Source: Chiloscyllium plagiosum (taxonomy: Eukaryota). Taken from it: a stretch of 64,000 nt of DNA. Shown here piece by piece: positions 52,620 to 64,000 of this stretch. The stretch lies in NCBI RefSeq assembly GCF_004010195.1, contig NC_057711.1:135658782-135722781 (forward strand), written 5' to 3'. How positions within the stretch are numbered: the first letter of the stretch is position 1; every line of letters begins with the position of its first letter. The position numbers and the translations under genes are program-made. A model generated the notes under the pieces. It made no database searches. It was not told the DNA's origin and saw only the letters and a program-made list of their open reading frames with translations.

Positions 52620-53912
52620 GAGAATCTCAAAGATAAACCAATATCTTCGATGTGATATTGTTGTCATCACAAAAACATGGTTGAAGGAAGGGCTGACCGG
52701 CAATTCCAGAGTGTAGTGTCTTTAGGCAAGGCGAGAGGGTGTAAAAAGGGTGGTGTAGCACAGTTAAAGGAGTCGATTACTGTAATGGGTGATATTTTGG
52801 AAGAGTCCTCAAATGAGGCTTTATGGGTAGAACTTAGGAGCATTAGGGGGACAGCCATTTTACTAGGAGTATGTTTTAGGCCCCCAAAGAGTCAGCAGGA
52901 AATAGAGAAATATGTAGATAGTACAGAGTTGAAAGAGTAATAATTGGGGAATTATGCTAGGGGATTTCAACTTTCAGAACAAAATTTAGGATAGTCAGAG
53001 TTCAGACATGGCCAATTTCTTGATGTTTCTGGGAGAGCTTTTTATTTTTCTATCAATTTGTAGAAGACCCAACAAAGTCAGTGCAGTGCTGAATCTGGTT
53101 TTGGGGAAAGAAACCAGATAAATGTTCAATGTGGTAGTGGGGAACATATTTTTTAATGGTAATGACTGCAACATGATATGGTTCAAATTCGTTCTGGATG
53201 AGGAAAACCATCCCTTTGGATTAGGGGAAGGCAAACCTTAACATAGAGCAGCAAGCTGTGGCCACAGTAGATGGGGAATAGATCCTTGTGGGTAAGTCTA
53301 CAGTGGAGCATTGGTGGACATTAGAAAAGCAGCTGGGAAGAGTACAGGACCAATATGTACCCTTTAGAGGGAAATATAGGAGCAAGGTGTTCAGAGAACC
53401 CCGATTGTCAAGGACAGTTCGGCCCTGTATAAAGAAGTGTAGAGCTTCTAACGAGCCCAAAGGGAACAATTCAGTTGTGGCCATTTAGGGTTATAGGAAG
53501 CACAGGAGACAACTTAAAACTATTAGAGCAAAAAAGGGAGACACCAAGATTGATAGAATAGCTAGCAGAGAAGGTGGTTGTGGGTTATAGAAAGGCATAG
53601 ATGGGTTAGTCAGATGGGCAGACCAGTGGCAGATGGTATTTAACCCTGATAAGTGATTACAAGGGCATACCTTTAGGGTAAGGGGCAGGGAATGCAAGGC
53701 TAAAGCAATGGTGGGTATCTGGAATCCACTGCCTGGGAACGTAATGGGTGCTGGAAACCTTGCAACCTTTAAAATATTTGAATGGGCACTTAAAATATCA
53801 TAACATTCAAGGATATGGGACGAGTGCAGGGCATTGGGATTTGTGCAGTTTTTAAATGGTAGTTATGTTGGTGTAGACTCAATTTGCTAAAGGGCTTTTT
53901 CTGTGCTGTATG
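52620..53912 (+). mobile_element. Decayed CR1 LINE (endonuclease region, large internal deletions, 3' tail)
   Basis: DIVVITKTWL, KGGVA, EALWVELR, GVCFRPP and GDFNF endonuclease-region motifs; tail agggctttttctgtgctgtatg. Confidence 0.78.
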
Positions 53913-56547
53913 AATCAGAAACCTTCCCTGCAGCTGCCTCGTTTCAAACTTGGGAAAGAAGGGTATTAGGTGCATGTAAGATGTTTTTGGTTCCGTTGCC
54001 TTTAGATCATTGATTTCTACCTACATTTTTTTTCTTTGACTGAGGGTGGGTACTGATTTGTTCAAGCTGTTTGTTCTTTCGTTATCTTTTCTCCTGCCTC
54101 CAAGGGACTTATTTTAAGTTTTAATCATTTTTCCTTTGCATATTTGCTTCTGCAAACTTATGAAACAAAAATAAGAAATTGGTATGAAAACTTAATAGTT
54201 AGCTGATTTCAAATTACCTTCCCAGTCCACATGCACACTTTCCTTTTTTAGCCAGTAAGCTGCTGTCATCTCATCTTTTCTGTACAAATGGAAGTTGGTT
54301 GAGATTGAAGTCCTTTAATGTACCATTTTACCTAACTTTAGTCCACTTATTCCACACTTGTGCAATTGACTTAACGTGTCGCAAGGGAGGCAGGAAGTTG
54401 TAGATTTCAATCATGTAATCATCAGGACTCATGCAAGAAATGTGCTTTGTGGAGGACTGCAATTTATGCAGCATGGGAAGAGTGCAGGTTGGCTTGGTAA
54501 TTCAGCATGAACAGTTAAATGGCACTCTTTTCTGTCAGGCTGACTCTGCTCACAACGTTGCCATGGAAATGCAATGGCCATTGACAGTCAGTTATTAAAT
54601 TCTTCTTTGCCCAAACAGGAGCCCTGTGTTACTTCTAATTTTTTAGCATTCACAAATGTATCATACTGAGCACCCAACTGAATCTTAAATTGGTTTCTTG
54701 TGTAATTCTTCATGCAGTATGCAGTGTTTAATAGATGTGCTATAGCAGGATAGTATCTAAATATTAGATGTAGTATTTTGAGACTTGTAAACACAGGCTA
54801 GTAGAGCATGTTTAGCATACTGCCCTTTCACTAATTAACCTGACAGAAATGGGGCCCCACTTCAGTGCCAAATGTGTAGAGATGCATCCTTTCATGAGTT
54901 TGAGCTATATACAAGGAGTAATGATCTAATTTAGGTTAGTTGCCACAGATTGTATTGATATCCCTTTTGTGGCATCAAGCTTTCACAGTAAGTAAATGGC
55001 CCTCATGAGGTTATCAGTAATGTTAATCTTGTTCATGGAATTCTAGTAGGATGTTCCAGCCTGTGTATTGACAAGTCAATTAACCTTTTTCGGGTTAAAA
55101 ATCACACAATACCAGGTAATAGTCAAACCCATGTAATTTTCAACATTCTACACCCCAGTCCAATGCTGGCACCTCCAAATCCTAACCTTTTGGGAGATCT
55201 TTAGAGGCCCCATTGTCAGGTTTCTTAGAGCTTGCTGACTAAGTGTTTGGGGTGGAGGGATGGTGGTGGTGGCAGCGGCAAGTGGGCACATACACTAAAT
55301 GGACTAGAATTCTACAAGGCAGCAGCTCACTATTGCCACATTGAGGGCAGCTGAGGAGGGGGAATAAGTGCTGGCCCAACAAATGGCGGCATCATCTTGA
55401 AAAGAATATATTAAAAAAAATTGAGAAAAGAGTGCTTATTTATTTACTCTATTTCAGTGGTAAATTTGAGTGCAGGGTGGAGTTTGAGCAGCTGGAGATT
55501 AAAATATATCTCGTGACCTGTGGTTAGAATATTTGAGATCTATATAGTTAGAGGCAACCTCATTAATGTGCCCTAGGCCGCCTCCATGAGATGGGCCATA
55601 TCAAAATTCATCTGCATGATAGCTACACTGATCTATACAACAAATTCATGCAAGGGCCCATGTCCACAGTCTTGACCTTGACCAATGATCAGTCTGCCTC
55701 CAGGGTACAGAATTTTACAGCAAACTGATGAAGTTTGTTCCACCAACAGGATGTTGCTGTCAAATGAAAGATACTTCAGTAACCACACAGGTATGATTTT
55801 TATTGTGCTGCTGTGATGCCAGCTGTGGTGTGTATTAAATGGTCCATTGTGTTGACTGTTTGCATCAGGCAACAGACCAATCATTCTCAGTCAGTGCTTA
55901 GAAGCTTCAGAGCTCCAGGTCCACTATTGATGTGATTCTGCTATTGGACCACAGTTATTAAAACTTCAGATTGAAACTCTTGGCACACCAGAAGTAATTT
56001 GAGATTGACTGACTGCTTGCAGCATGATGCATTTGTGCATGCTGTAGGCTGCTCATTAATGTGGAGGACTCAGTTTTAAGTCTGGATTTGCATCTTTTAG
56101 AGTGGGGGGGAAAAAGGTACAAGTAAAGGAGGCTGCCAGTCTCTGCATTTCCGCAGCAGTGCTAACCAGTCAAAATCCATTTCCTTGGTCTGAGAACTAA
56201 GATTGGCTATTTATTGTTCCTGCTGCATCTCATTGTGCCCATAATGTCTAAGCAATCAGCACTGTCATCACATGCTGTTTTAAAATGTTTCCCTTTCATA
56301 ACAGCCCTCCCATCCCCGATAGTATGCTTCAGTGCTAATTGTGTGCCAGACAGACTTTCAACTAACTTTGTTCTAGTGATGATTCCTAAGTAATTGGATT
56401 TAAAGTGTAAAAAACTTTGGCCTAACCACCTCACTGAAGCACTCAATGTGAAATGTACCAGGAACCTTGGAATACCATCAAGAACAGAGATTGACTTAGT
56501 TGCTGAATGGAAGTGAATGGTCAGTGGTGTTAGATACCAGTTTTGTG

Positions 56548-56655
56548 AATATGAGGACTGCAGACGCTGGAGATCAGAGTAGTGTGTGGTGCTCAAAGCA
56601 CAGCAGATCAGGCAGCGTCAGGAGCAGGAGAATAGATGTTTCGGGCAAAAGCAGC
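56548..56655 (-). mobile_element. Penelope pLTR-derived fragment
   Basis: gaggactgcagacgctggagatcagagt...gatgtttcgggcaaaagc. Confidence 0.75.
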
Positions 56656-56964
56656 CTCCTGTGTGGTGAATGTGTCTTGGAAACTCCTTTGTCTTTTCAA
56701 ACTCATCTGTACTGTCTGCTGCTTTTGTTTCCCAGTTATGAGATACTGGTGGTGTATAAGCAGAGGCTGACCACTGCATTTATAGCATTTGTGGCTGAGA
56801 AAGGAGTTGATTTGAACATTAAAATCTATTATCGCATGTTGACAGGGCTAACGTCTTTAGATTGTCAAGTAGTCTGTTCCCCAGTTGATTTTTAATCTGT
56901 AATTCCATGGAGTTAACCTCCAGCCTTTGTCATGTCACTAATATAAGAAGTATTTTTTTATTTT

Positions 56965-57480
56965 GAGAAGTATAGGCCGATCATACGAAGACACAGATCA
57001 TGGGATATTTAGACAAAATGAGGGATACAAGGTTATGGGTTCCCAGGAGATGCACAAAAGCAAGATCAACATCAGATTTGAAATTGGAGAGGTCCAACCA
57101 GCAGCTAATAATAGCAGGGAAGAAGCTACGGTGTGTTTTAAGCTTCTGTATCTTTGCCTGATTGGGAAGGTTGGAAGAGTTACTGAGGTGGAAGGGATCT
57201 TTGGCAGCCTTCCTACAGCAACGAGAAGTGTAGATGGAGTCCATGAATGGGACGATGGACTTTTGTGATGGTCTGGGATATGTATACTACTGTGTGTAGT
57301 TTCTTAAGGTCCTGGGTGGAGCAGTTGCCACAACAGCCATCTGTGTAAGTTGGTGAGGGTGCTTATGAGCATGCTGAATTGCCTAAGCCTCCTGAGGAGG
57401 AAGAGAGTTGTGCTACCTTGACTGTTAGGTCTGTTTGGAAGGTCCAGGACAGATTGGTCATGTTCTGCCACACAAAGCAG
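56965..57480 (-). mobile_element. Rex1/Babar-type LINE 3' fragment
   Basis: MDSIYTSRCCRKAAKDPFH...SFFPAI and FLLRRL-like motif near 57390, typical of Rex1 ORF C-termini. Confidence 0.7.
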
Positions 57481-58029
57481 TTGAAGTTAAAATACTTGAT
57501 TATTTTTTCAAGTTCTGAGACTAAAGGGATCAAGAGTATGGAAAGAAAATGGAAATAGAATATGGAGTTGGATGAGCTGGCATAAAGAGCCGAATGGTGC
57601 CCATCCGCTCCCATTTTGTTTCTATCTTAGTATTTGACTAATCTGAGAATTTTAAATTTGTAAACGTTTCATGGTCACACTTTAAATTTGCTGAATTGAA
57701 ACACCCACAGAACTTCAATAAGAAGCACTGATGTTTCTTCTGTAGTTTTTTAATATCATGCCATTCTAATACCAGTACATAATTCTGTTGTATTTCTGGT
57801 TGCTAGCTGAGTCTATAGATGCACAGTTTTGTTAAAAGTTAATGTTGAGTAATTTCTTCTGTTGTCTTGATCAGCGATTACCCCTTAATTAAAACTGATC
57901 TTTCAGTCTTTTGTCTCATTTCTGAGAGATTGGTGAACAAAGCCACCTACTTATTAAAATGATTAAACAGGTATAAAATGGTTAGATGACCTGAAACCAT
58001 AAAAACACATTTCCCATGCAATATTTTTA

Positions 58030-58392
58030 TAGATATTTATAAAACCAAGAGGGGCAGGGATCGGATAATTAGATGTCTTTTCCCTGGGTTGGGGGGAGTC
58101 CAGAACTGGAGGGCATAGGTTTAGGGTGAGATGGGAAGGGTGTAAAAGAGATCTGAGGGGCATTTTTTCACGCAGAGGGTGGTGCGTGAATGGAATGATC
58201 TACCAGAGGAAGTGGTAGCGGCTAATACAATTTTAACATTTTAAAAGGCATCTGGATGGGTATATGTATAAGGAGGGTTTAGAGGGATTTGGGTCAGGTG
58301 TTGGCAAATGGGACTATATTAGGTTGGGATATCTGGTTGGGATTGGAAAAGTTGGACCGAAGGGTCAATGTCCATGCTGTACATCTGACTCT
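58030..58392 (+). mobile_element. CR1/HER1-like LINE 3' fragment
   Basis: Matches 32071-32412 and the reverse complement of ~12105-12460. Confidence 0.88.
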
Positions 58393-59942
58393 GAACATTA
58401 GATTTGTTCTACATTATCTCCATTTCAGTTTTGCCTTTGTGTGGAAAGCAGCAGAACTTTTTAACCTTGCTTGAGGTTTGTAATTTTTTTGTCTGCTTCA
58501 AATTATTTTATTTAAATTCTTTAAACTCATTTATATGCAACAGTCTTAAGGGAGATGACCTTTTTTTCAACAACTAAGGTAGGGGGTTGAGCTTATGGAT
58601 ATTTGATTCCATGCAGCACTTTTCTGATCAAGCAGGTGCCGACCTACAGCAGACTTAGGCTGAACAAGGGTCAGTTAATATCTACAGCACAGCTGCCCAT
58701 CAGTGACCATCTCCAACAATGGCCCTGTGACCATTGTGATAAAGTATCTCCTGGCTCTTTCTGTAAAGCCATATATTATGTCCCTGACTCTGAGACATTG
58801 TCTAATTCAGCTCGTCTATTAAGTATCTAATCAGGTGAGTAACTATAGTGTTAATCCTGGGTGTGTTTAAACTGTTCAAGGAAAATGGTAATTGTTTTTA
58901 TAATACTGTCATGGCATAGAAAATGGCACCAGCTATTGACTAATTCTTCTGTGCTCATTGCTTTGTAAAGTTAGCTGAGTTTCCTTTGGCTGAAAAGTCT
59001 AAACACCTGCCAAAGATTAAATAGTATTAATTTGATCCATTGGGGGTTTAGTTTGTCAAGTTGTCACCTGACATCTGTTCCTTTTTTTTTTGGAAACTGA
59101 ACTGGTGATGGGCAAACTCAAGAAAATCTGCAGTATTAGTCTTCTATAAAGTTAGAGCTGCTGAAGGAAGCTTCGGGAGCTCAAAGAACCGGATTGTGGC
59201 TGGATGAGTAAATTTGATACGTAAAATAAAGGCATTGCTTCACATTGTTTTGTTAATCACAGTTTTGGCTTGCATTTACCATCCATTGTGCACAACCGAT
59301 CCATTTCATAGGTAGACATTCTGATTATCTGCGTGAACAAGTTTATCCGATTGTTACTTCATAGTTGAAAGGAAAGTAAATCACTATTTCACACGAGATT
59401 AGTGTTTGTGCTAGATATTCTGATCTTAACGCAGTGTTTATGTGTAAGTCTTGATTTTGAACAAATATTCTATCACACCAGGAAAATTGTTGCTCACAAT
59501 TCAGAAACATTGTGATGACAGAATATAATTTGTCTTCAAATAATTGGCACGCAATGCTGGAAATACTCGCCAGAGACACTGCCAGACCTGCTGAGAATGT
59601 GTTCCAAAGATCACCAACCAAAACTTCCTTTTCCTGTAACCACTTACTGAAATTGTGTATTCCCTGGATCTGCAGCATTTTGTTTTTACCCTAACTGTTT
59701 TGAAATGTGATTTTAAAAATCAACAAGCTGGGAAAACTGGTTGAATCAACTAAAGTCAAAGTTTTTGCCCTTGTGTATTCTAACTGATCTCCTACTTGGT
59801 CACCCTGAAATACCAGCTATTGTTTCAGATGCATTCAGTTCTTCCCTGTATTTCCAGAGTTTTTTTAATTTTATCCTAAGAAATCTTTTATGCATATCAC
59901 TAGAAGATTTTACATATGTTGTTTTTGTATGTTTATGAATAA

Positions 59943-60248
<306 letters not shown>

Positions 60249-61559
60249 TAAATATGCATGGACAAAAATAGATTTAAGAGCTCACGCTGACTTGAGTCAT
60301 TTCCCACCCTGGAGGTGCGAGTTTGAACTGTGCTTTCACGGCTGGTGAAGTAATAAATTTAAAGCAGTTATAATCTTTATTTTAAACCTGCTATAGAGGA
60401 TGATGTTCTAATCCTTAGTGTTGCTAATGTGTTTTTAAATTAAGCAGGAATGTAAAGCAAACTTAAAACGCTTAGAAATGGGACTTGTACTTATAACAAT
60501 CATATTTTCAACATAGCTTTATGCAATTGTAGCACGTCTGCATAGTATAGATAGGTACCACTGTGAATTGTCCGGAACTCCTGATTCGTTCGGTAAATGA
60601 AACCATTTCTGTCATGCTGCAATGCAGATGGAGGGAAATGTTCTTCAAATTGAGTATCTTTATGAATAATCTTTACATCTAGGAGAAAAGTGAATTGAGC
60701 AATTGATTTTTGAAATTAAATCCTGACTACTTGTGCTATGTATGCAGTTTGAGTAAGTGATTTTATTGATTTGAGCATATAACTAAAAGTATTCACTATT
60801 GGGTATTCTTTAGGCTGGTCTTTCTCATGAGCAGATCATTTTGAAGGTGTTGATGTTTTCTGTCTTGCTATCTTTAATGGGGAAATCTTTTTGGATGTGA
60901 TTGGCTGGCTCTATCTGTGGATTCTAGTTCTGGCTTTTTTTGACAAGCTTGTGTTGGTTGAAAGCTTGCATTTTAACCACTGCTTTCCTACGACAAACAA
61001 AAAGCACCTGTATTGTTGTAAGCCAGAGTAGGCATTCACCCCTTTTATTAGCAGCAGCTGTACGCCTTGGTTGCATATCCCCTATATGTAGGCGAACATA
61101 AATCGAAAATCAAATTTAAAAATTTTTAATTGAGCTGTTTAATTTTGGGGAGGAAGCTCTACTTGTAGCAATTTGCACTGTTTCTCAAAGTTCTAAAAAT
61201 TGGACATGTATCCACAATAATACAATTGCTGGTGTTAGGGAGTGGGGGGGAATTTAACTTTTCCAGTTGGTTTCTTTTGTTTTGAGATCTCGAAACACTG
61301 GTGTTCTGGCAACAGTCTGAATTTGTGCAATCCTTCCAAGACTAAAATACTATAAATTCTCTCTGAAGGTGCAAATGCCCAGAACTGAACTGTGGAATGC
61401 ACTCCAGATTAAATCTAATCAGATAAAGCTTTTGGATTATTGTAAGAAAGTTGCTTCCTATGACAATGGTGATAGCTTGTTGTAAAGGAAATTCCAATCT
61501 GTTTTTCTCACCTTGCATTTTGGGAGGTGGTGATGGTGATATAATGTCACTGAAGCACT

Positions 61560-61855
61560 TAATCCGCAGCACCAGACTGAAATTCCAGTGATAAGCATCA
61601 AATCCCCTCACCCATGGCAAGTCTGGAAATTTGAATTTTGAAAAATATGGAATTACTCACTGGTCTGCTGACAATGTGTTATCAATTATTGTAAGTTTTC
61701 TTCAAAAATGGTTGACTAGTGTTATTTGGAGAAGGAAACCTGCCATCCTTTACTGTGTCTCCCCTGCACGTGACTTCAGATCCACAGGTTGTCATTCAAC
61801 TGTGAATAATTAAAACTGGCAATAAATACTGTTGAACCAGAGCCCTTATCCCATC
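61560..61855 (+). mobile_element. Diverged copy of the second SINE family
   Basis: aaatccc...catggc...gaaatttgaatt...gaaggaaacctgccatcctt...gtgacttcagatccacag...ggcaataaatactg. Confidence 0.5.
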
Positions 61856-62760
61856 TGTCATAATTGCATACATATGTTATCCATTGTTGCTTTACAATGT
61901 TACAATCCCACCTACATTAATGTCGCCGATCTTTTATCAACAAACTTGTACATGATATTCCACTACCTTGGCTAAATAGAGGCCCTGACAAAAGAAACAA
62001 GTATTTGGGGTTGGGGTGTGTGGGAGAGCAGAATTTAACAGCAACACAGAACAACCAGACCCAGGACCCGAAGATTTCAATTCCAAAAATTGAAAAAGGA
62101 AGATGAGGAAAACTATGATGCTTCTGTCAAACAAATCTAATTGAGTTTTGAGGAGATCCCTGTACTGAAGGATCTGGGAGTGTCTTTGTCTTCTAGAAGT
62201 TCATCATTCAAATGTTCAAAAATGTTGAAGGCACAACTTATCCATCCTCTTGGGTGGTACGTACTCCACTTGGAAGGGCTTTGGTAGTAGGACAGAAGTG
62301 CAAGAACTGATCAATGGTGGCTTTAGAGAAGGAAGAGGGAATGAAAATTGACACAGGTTCAGGGGAAGAAGCTCGGGAGATTTATGGGAGGCTTATGGAG
62401 CAAAGGATGTGGAAAGTCTTTGGTCTGTAAAGGTTGGCTACAATGGTAGTCCTTTTGAAAAGATGATTTGCAGAGATTCTTTCCAGATGCTTACAAAATG
62501 GTTTTCCTCCGATTCCTAACCACTGTCCATGGTGCAGTGCAACAAGAACAAGAATCACTCCTGTTTCTTCTGTCTTCATTTTAAAAATGTTAGATTTCAT
62601 GCCTTGCTGCTGAATTTAACATTGGGCTAGCCAACCTCACTATTCCATGGATTGTCACTTGCTGCAGTGGAGAGGCTTGTCTGACTTTTATCACAAGAGG
62701 GGCTTTTGGGAACTTTCAACTCCTGGCAGACCCACCTGTTACTGTAAAGTCTGAGGGGAG

Positions 62761-62900
62761 GACACACTTTTCTCATCCCTGAAGAAGGGCTCATGCCCGA
62801 AACGTCGATTCTCCTGTTCCTTGGATGCTGCCTGACCTGCTGTGCTTTTCCAGCAACACATTTTCAGCTCTGATCTCCAGCATCTGCAGACCTCACTTTC
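62761..62900 (+). mobile_element. Solo Penelope pLTR 3' fragment with intact hammerhead core
   Basis: Near-identical to ~49244-49381; CTGAAGA 62779-85, GGGC-TCAT-GCCC, GAAA 62799-802, GTC 62804-06; TSD tctgaggggag (62750-60) / tctgagaggag (62901-11). Confidence 0.88.
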
Positions 62901-63309
62901 TCTGAGAGGAGTAACCAGACAAGTGCAATCCAAAGCAATTACTGAATGGTGATCCAGGTGGTAGATAATTCTCTGCTATTGGCAGTATGGTAGATGAAGG
63001 CTGCAGTAGTACAGAGGTGCCAGGTCAACAAGGTTTCCTTGGTGCTGCAACTGGATCTACCGTTTTGTCAAGGGCTGTATTTGCTAATGTGCAAATCCCA
63101 CATTAAAAGCTGTCCTGTACAAAGTGCTACCTAGAAGAAGAAATCAAGAACTGGGAAAGTTGAGCTCCAACTCCTAGCTGACCAGCACAACAACCACTTT
63201 CCTCAGTGCCACCAAAGCAATATGTGGGCTCAACAAGTTTTGATCTCAAATTGGTGTTGAGTGAAGGATGGAACCCTTTTGAGTGAGAGAGAAAATATAT
63301 CCGCCTCAA

Positions 63310-63410
63310 GTGGACAGAAGGTAGACAAGCAGGAGTCTGGGAAAACGCAGCAAACCAGGCAGAATCAGAAGGTGGAAAAGTTGACATTTTGCGTGTAAGC
63401 CTTCAGGACA
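63310..63410 (-). mobile_element. Penelope-derived fragment of the 11315 family
   Basis: aggtagacaagcaggagtctgg...aagttgacattttgcgtgtaagccttcagga. Confidence 0.55.
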
Positions 63411-64000
63411 ACACAAACTGTAATGCAAACAATTGAAGGTGTGTTTGAGGAAGTACCCCAACTGACTCCCACCTAGTTTGGCAGAAGTTGAAACCACCTT
63501 TTTTTAGACCTGTGAAGAATGGAAAAACCATAAGAGATGAAATTCTTAAATCTGGAGCAGAGCTTGCCCTTCAATTCAATCATTGCTGAAAATCTGGAGC
63601 AAGAAAACAATATTCCTGCCAATCTGGAATGCTGCCATTGCCACCACTTTTGAGAAAAGCAGTGGGAACTAAAGAATCTTCTATTATCCATCATGGAAGA
63701 TTATTGCCTGAATCCTCACTAGGCACTGCATTCCTATCTGAGGAAATGCTTCCTTGAAAGCTGGTGTGTGGATTCTGACCAAGCCATGGAACTTTAGACA
63801 TTTATTTTCACTGCCCAGCAACTGAGACATGCCTGGGATGAGACCAATCATTCTGTGGTTATTGACTTAGGCAAAAGCCTCAATCAGGAAGCACTATGGC
63901 TATCCAGAGAAATTAATCATCCTCTTCTCCACAATAAAATGTAAGTAACAGTTCTTCTCACACAATATCACAATTCTTAGAGGTCAAGCAGGGTGTCTCT

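Overview
Eukaryotic genomic DNA, almost certainly from a cartilaginous fish (inferred from HE1/V-SINE-like SINEs, HER1/CR1-like LINEs and Penelope-type repeats). The window covers the 5' half of a neuronal ELAV/Hu RNA-binding protein gene, best matching ELAVL2 (HuB), on the + strand. It has a CpG-rich promoter with a TATA box (~1-550), candidate non-coding first exons, an alternative coding exon (23073-23163, MAVRLCDVATLLRSGSWAAEPWTG, missed by the ORF track), the main ATG exon with a NAGNAG acceptor (26657/26660-26912), and two more RRM exons (45015-45118, 59958-60111). The gene continues past the window. The introns hold many decayed CR1, L2-like and Rex1 LINEs, tRNA-derived SINEs, a tRNA-Trp pseudogene and a probable Tigger-like MITE. 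Most notable is a young Penelope-like element (47870-49383) with inverted pseudo-LTRs, plus short TSD-flanked derivatives carrying a minimal hammerhead-ribozyme motif (CUGAAGA-stem II-GAAA-CGUC), several in the pre-mRNA sense. A possible unannotated in-frame 48-nt exon lies at 54539-54586. Almost all ORF-track ORFs are spurious or repeat-derived. Repeat family names come from recognition, not database searches, and repeat boundaries are approximate.
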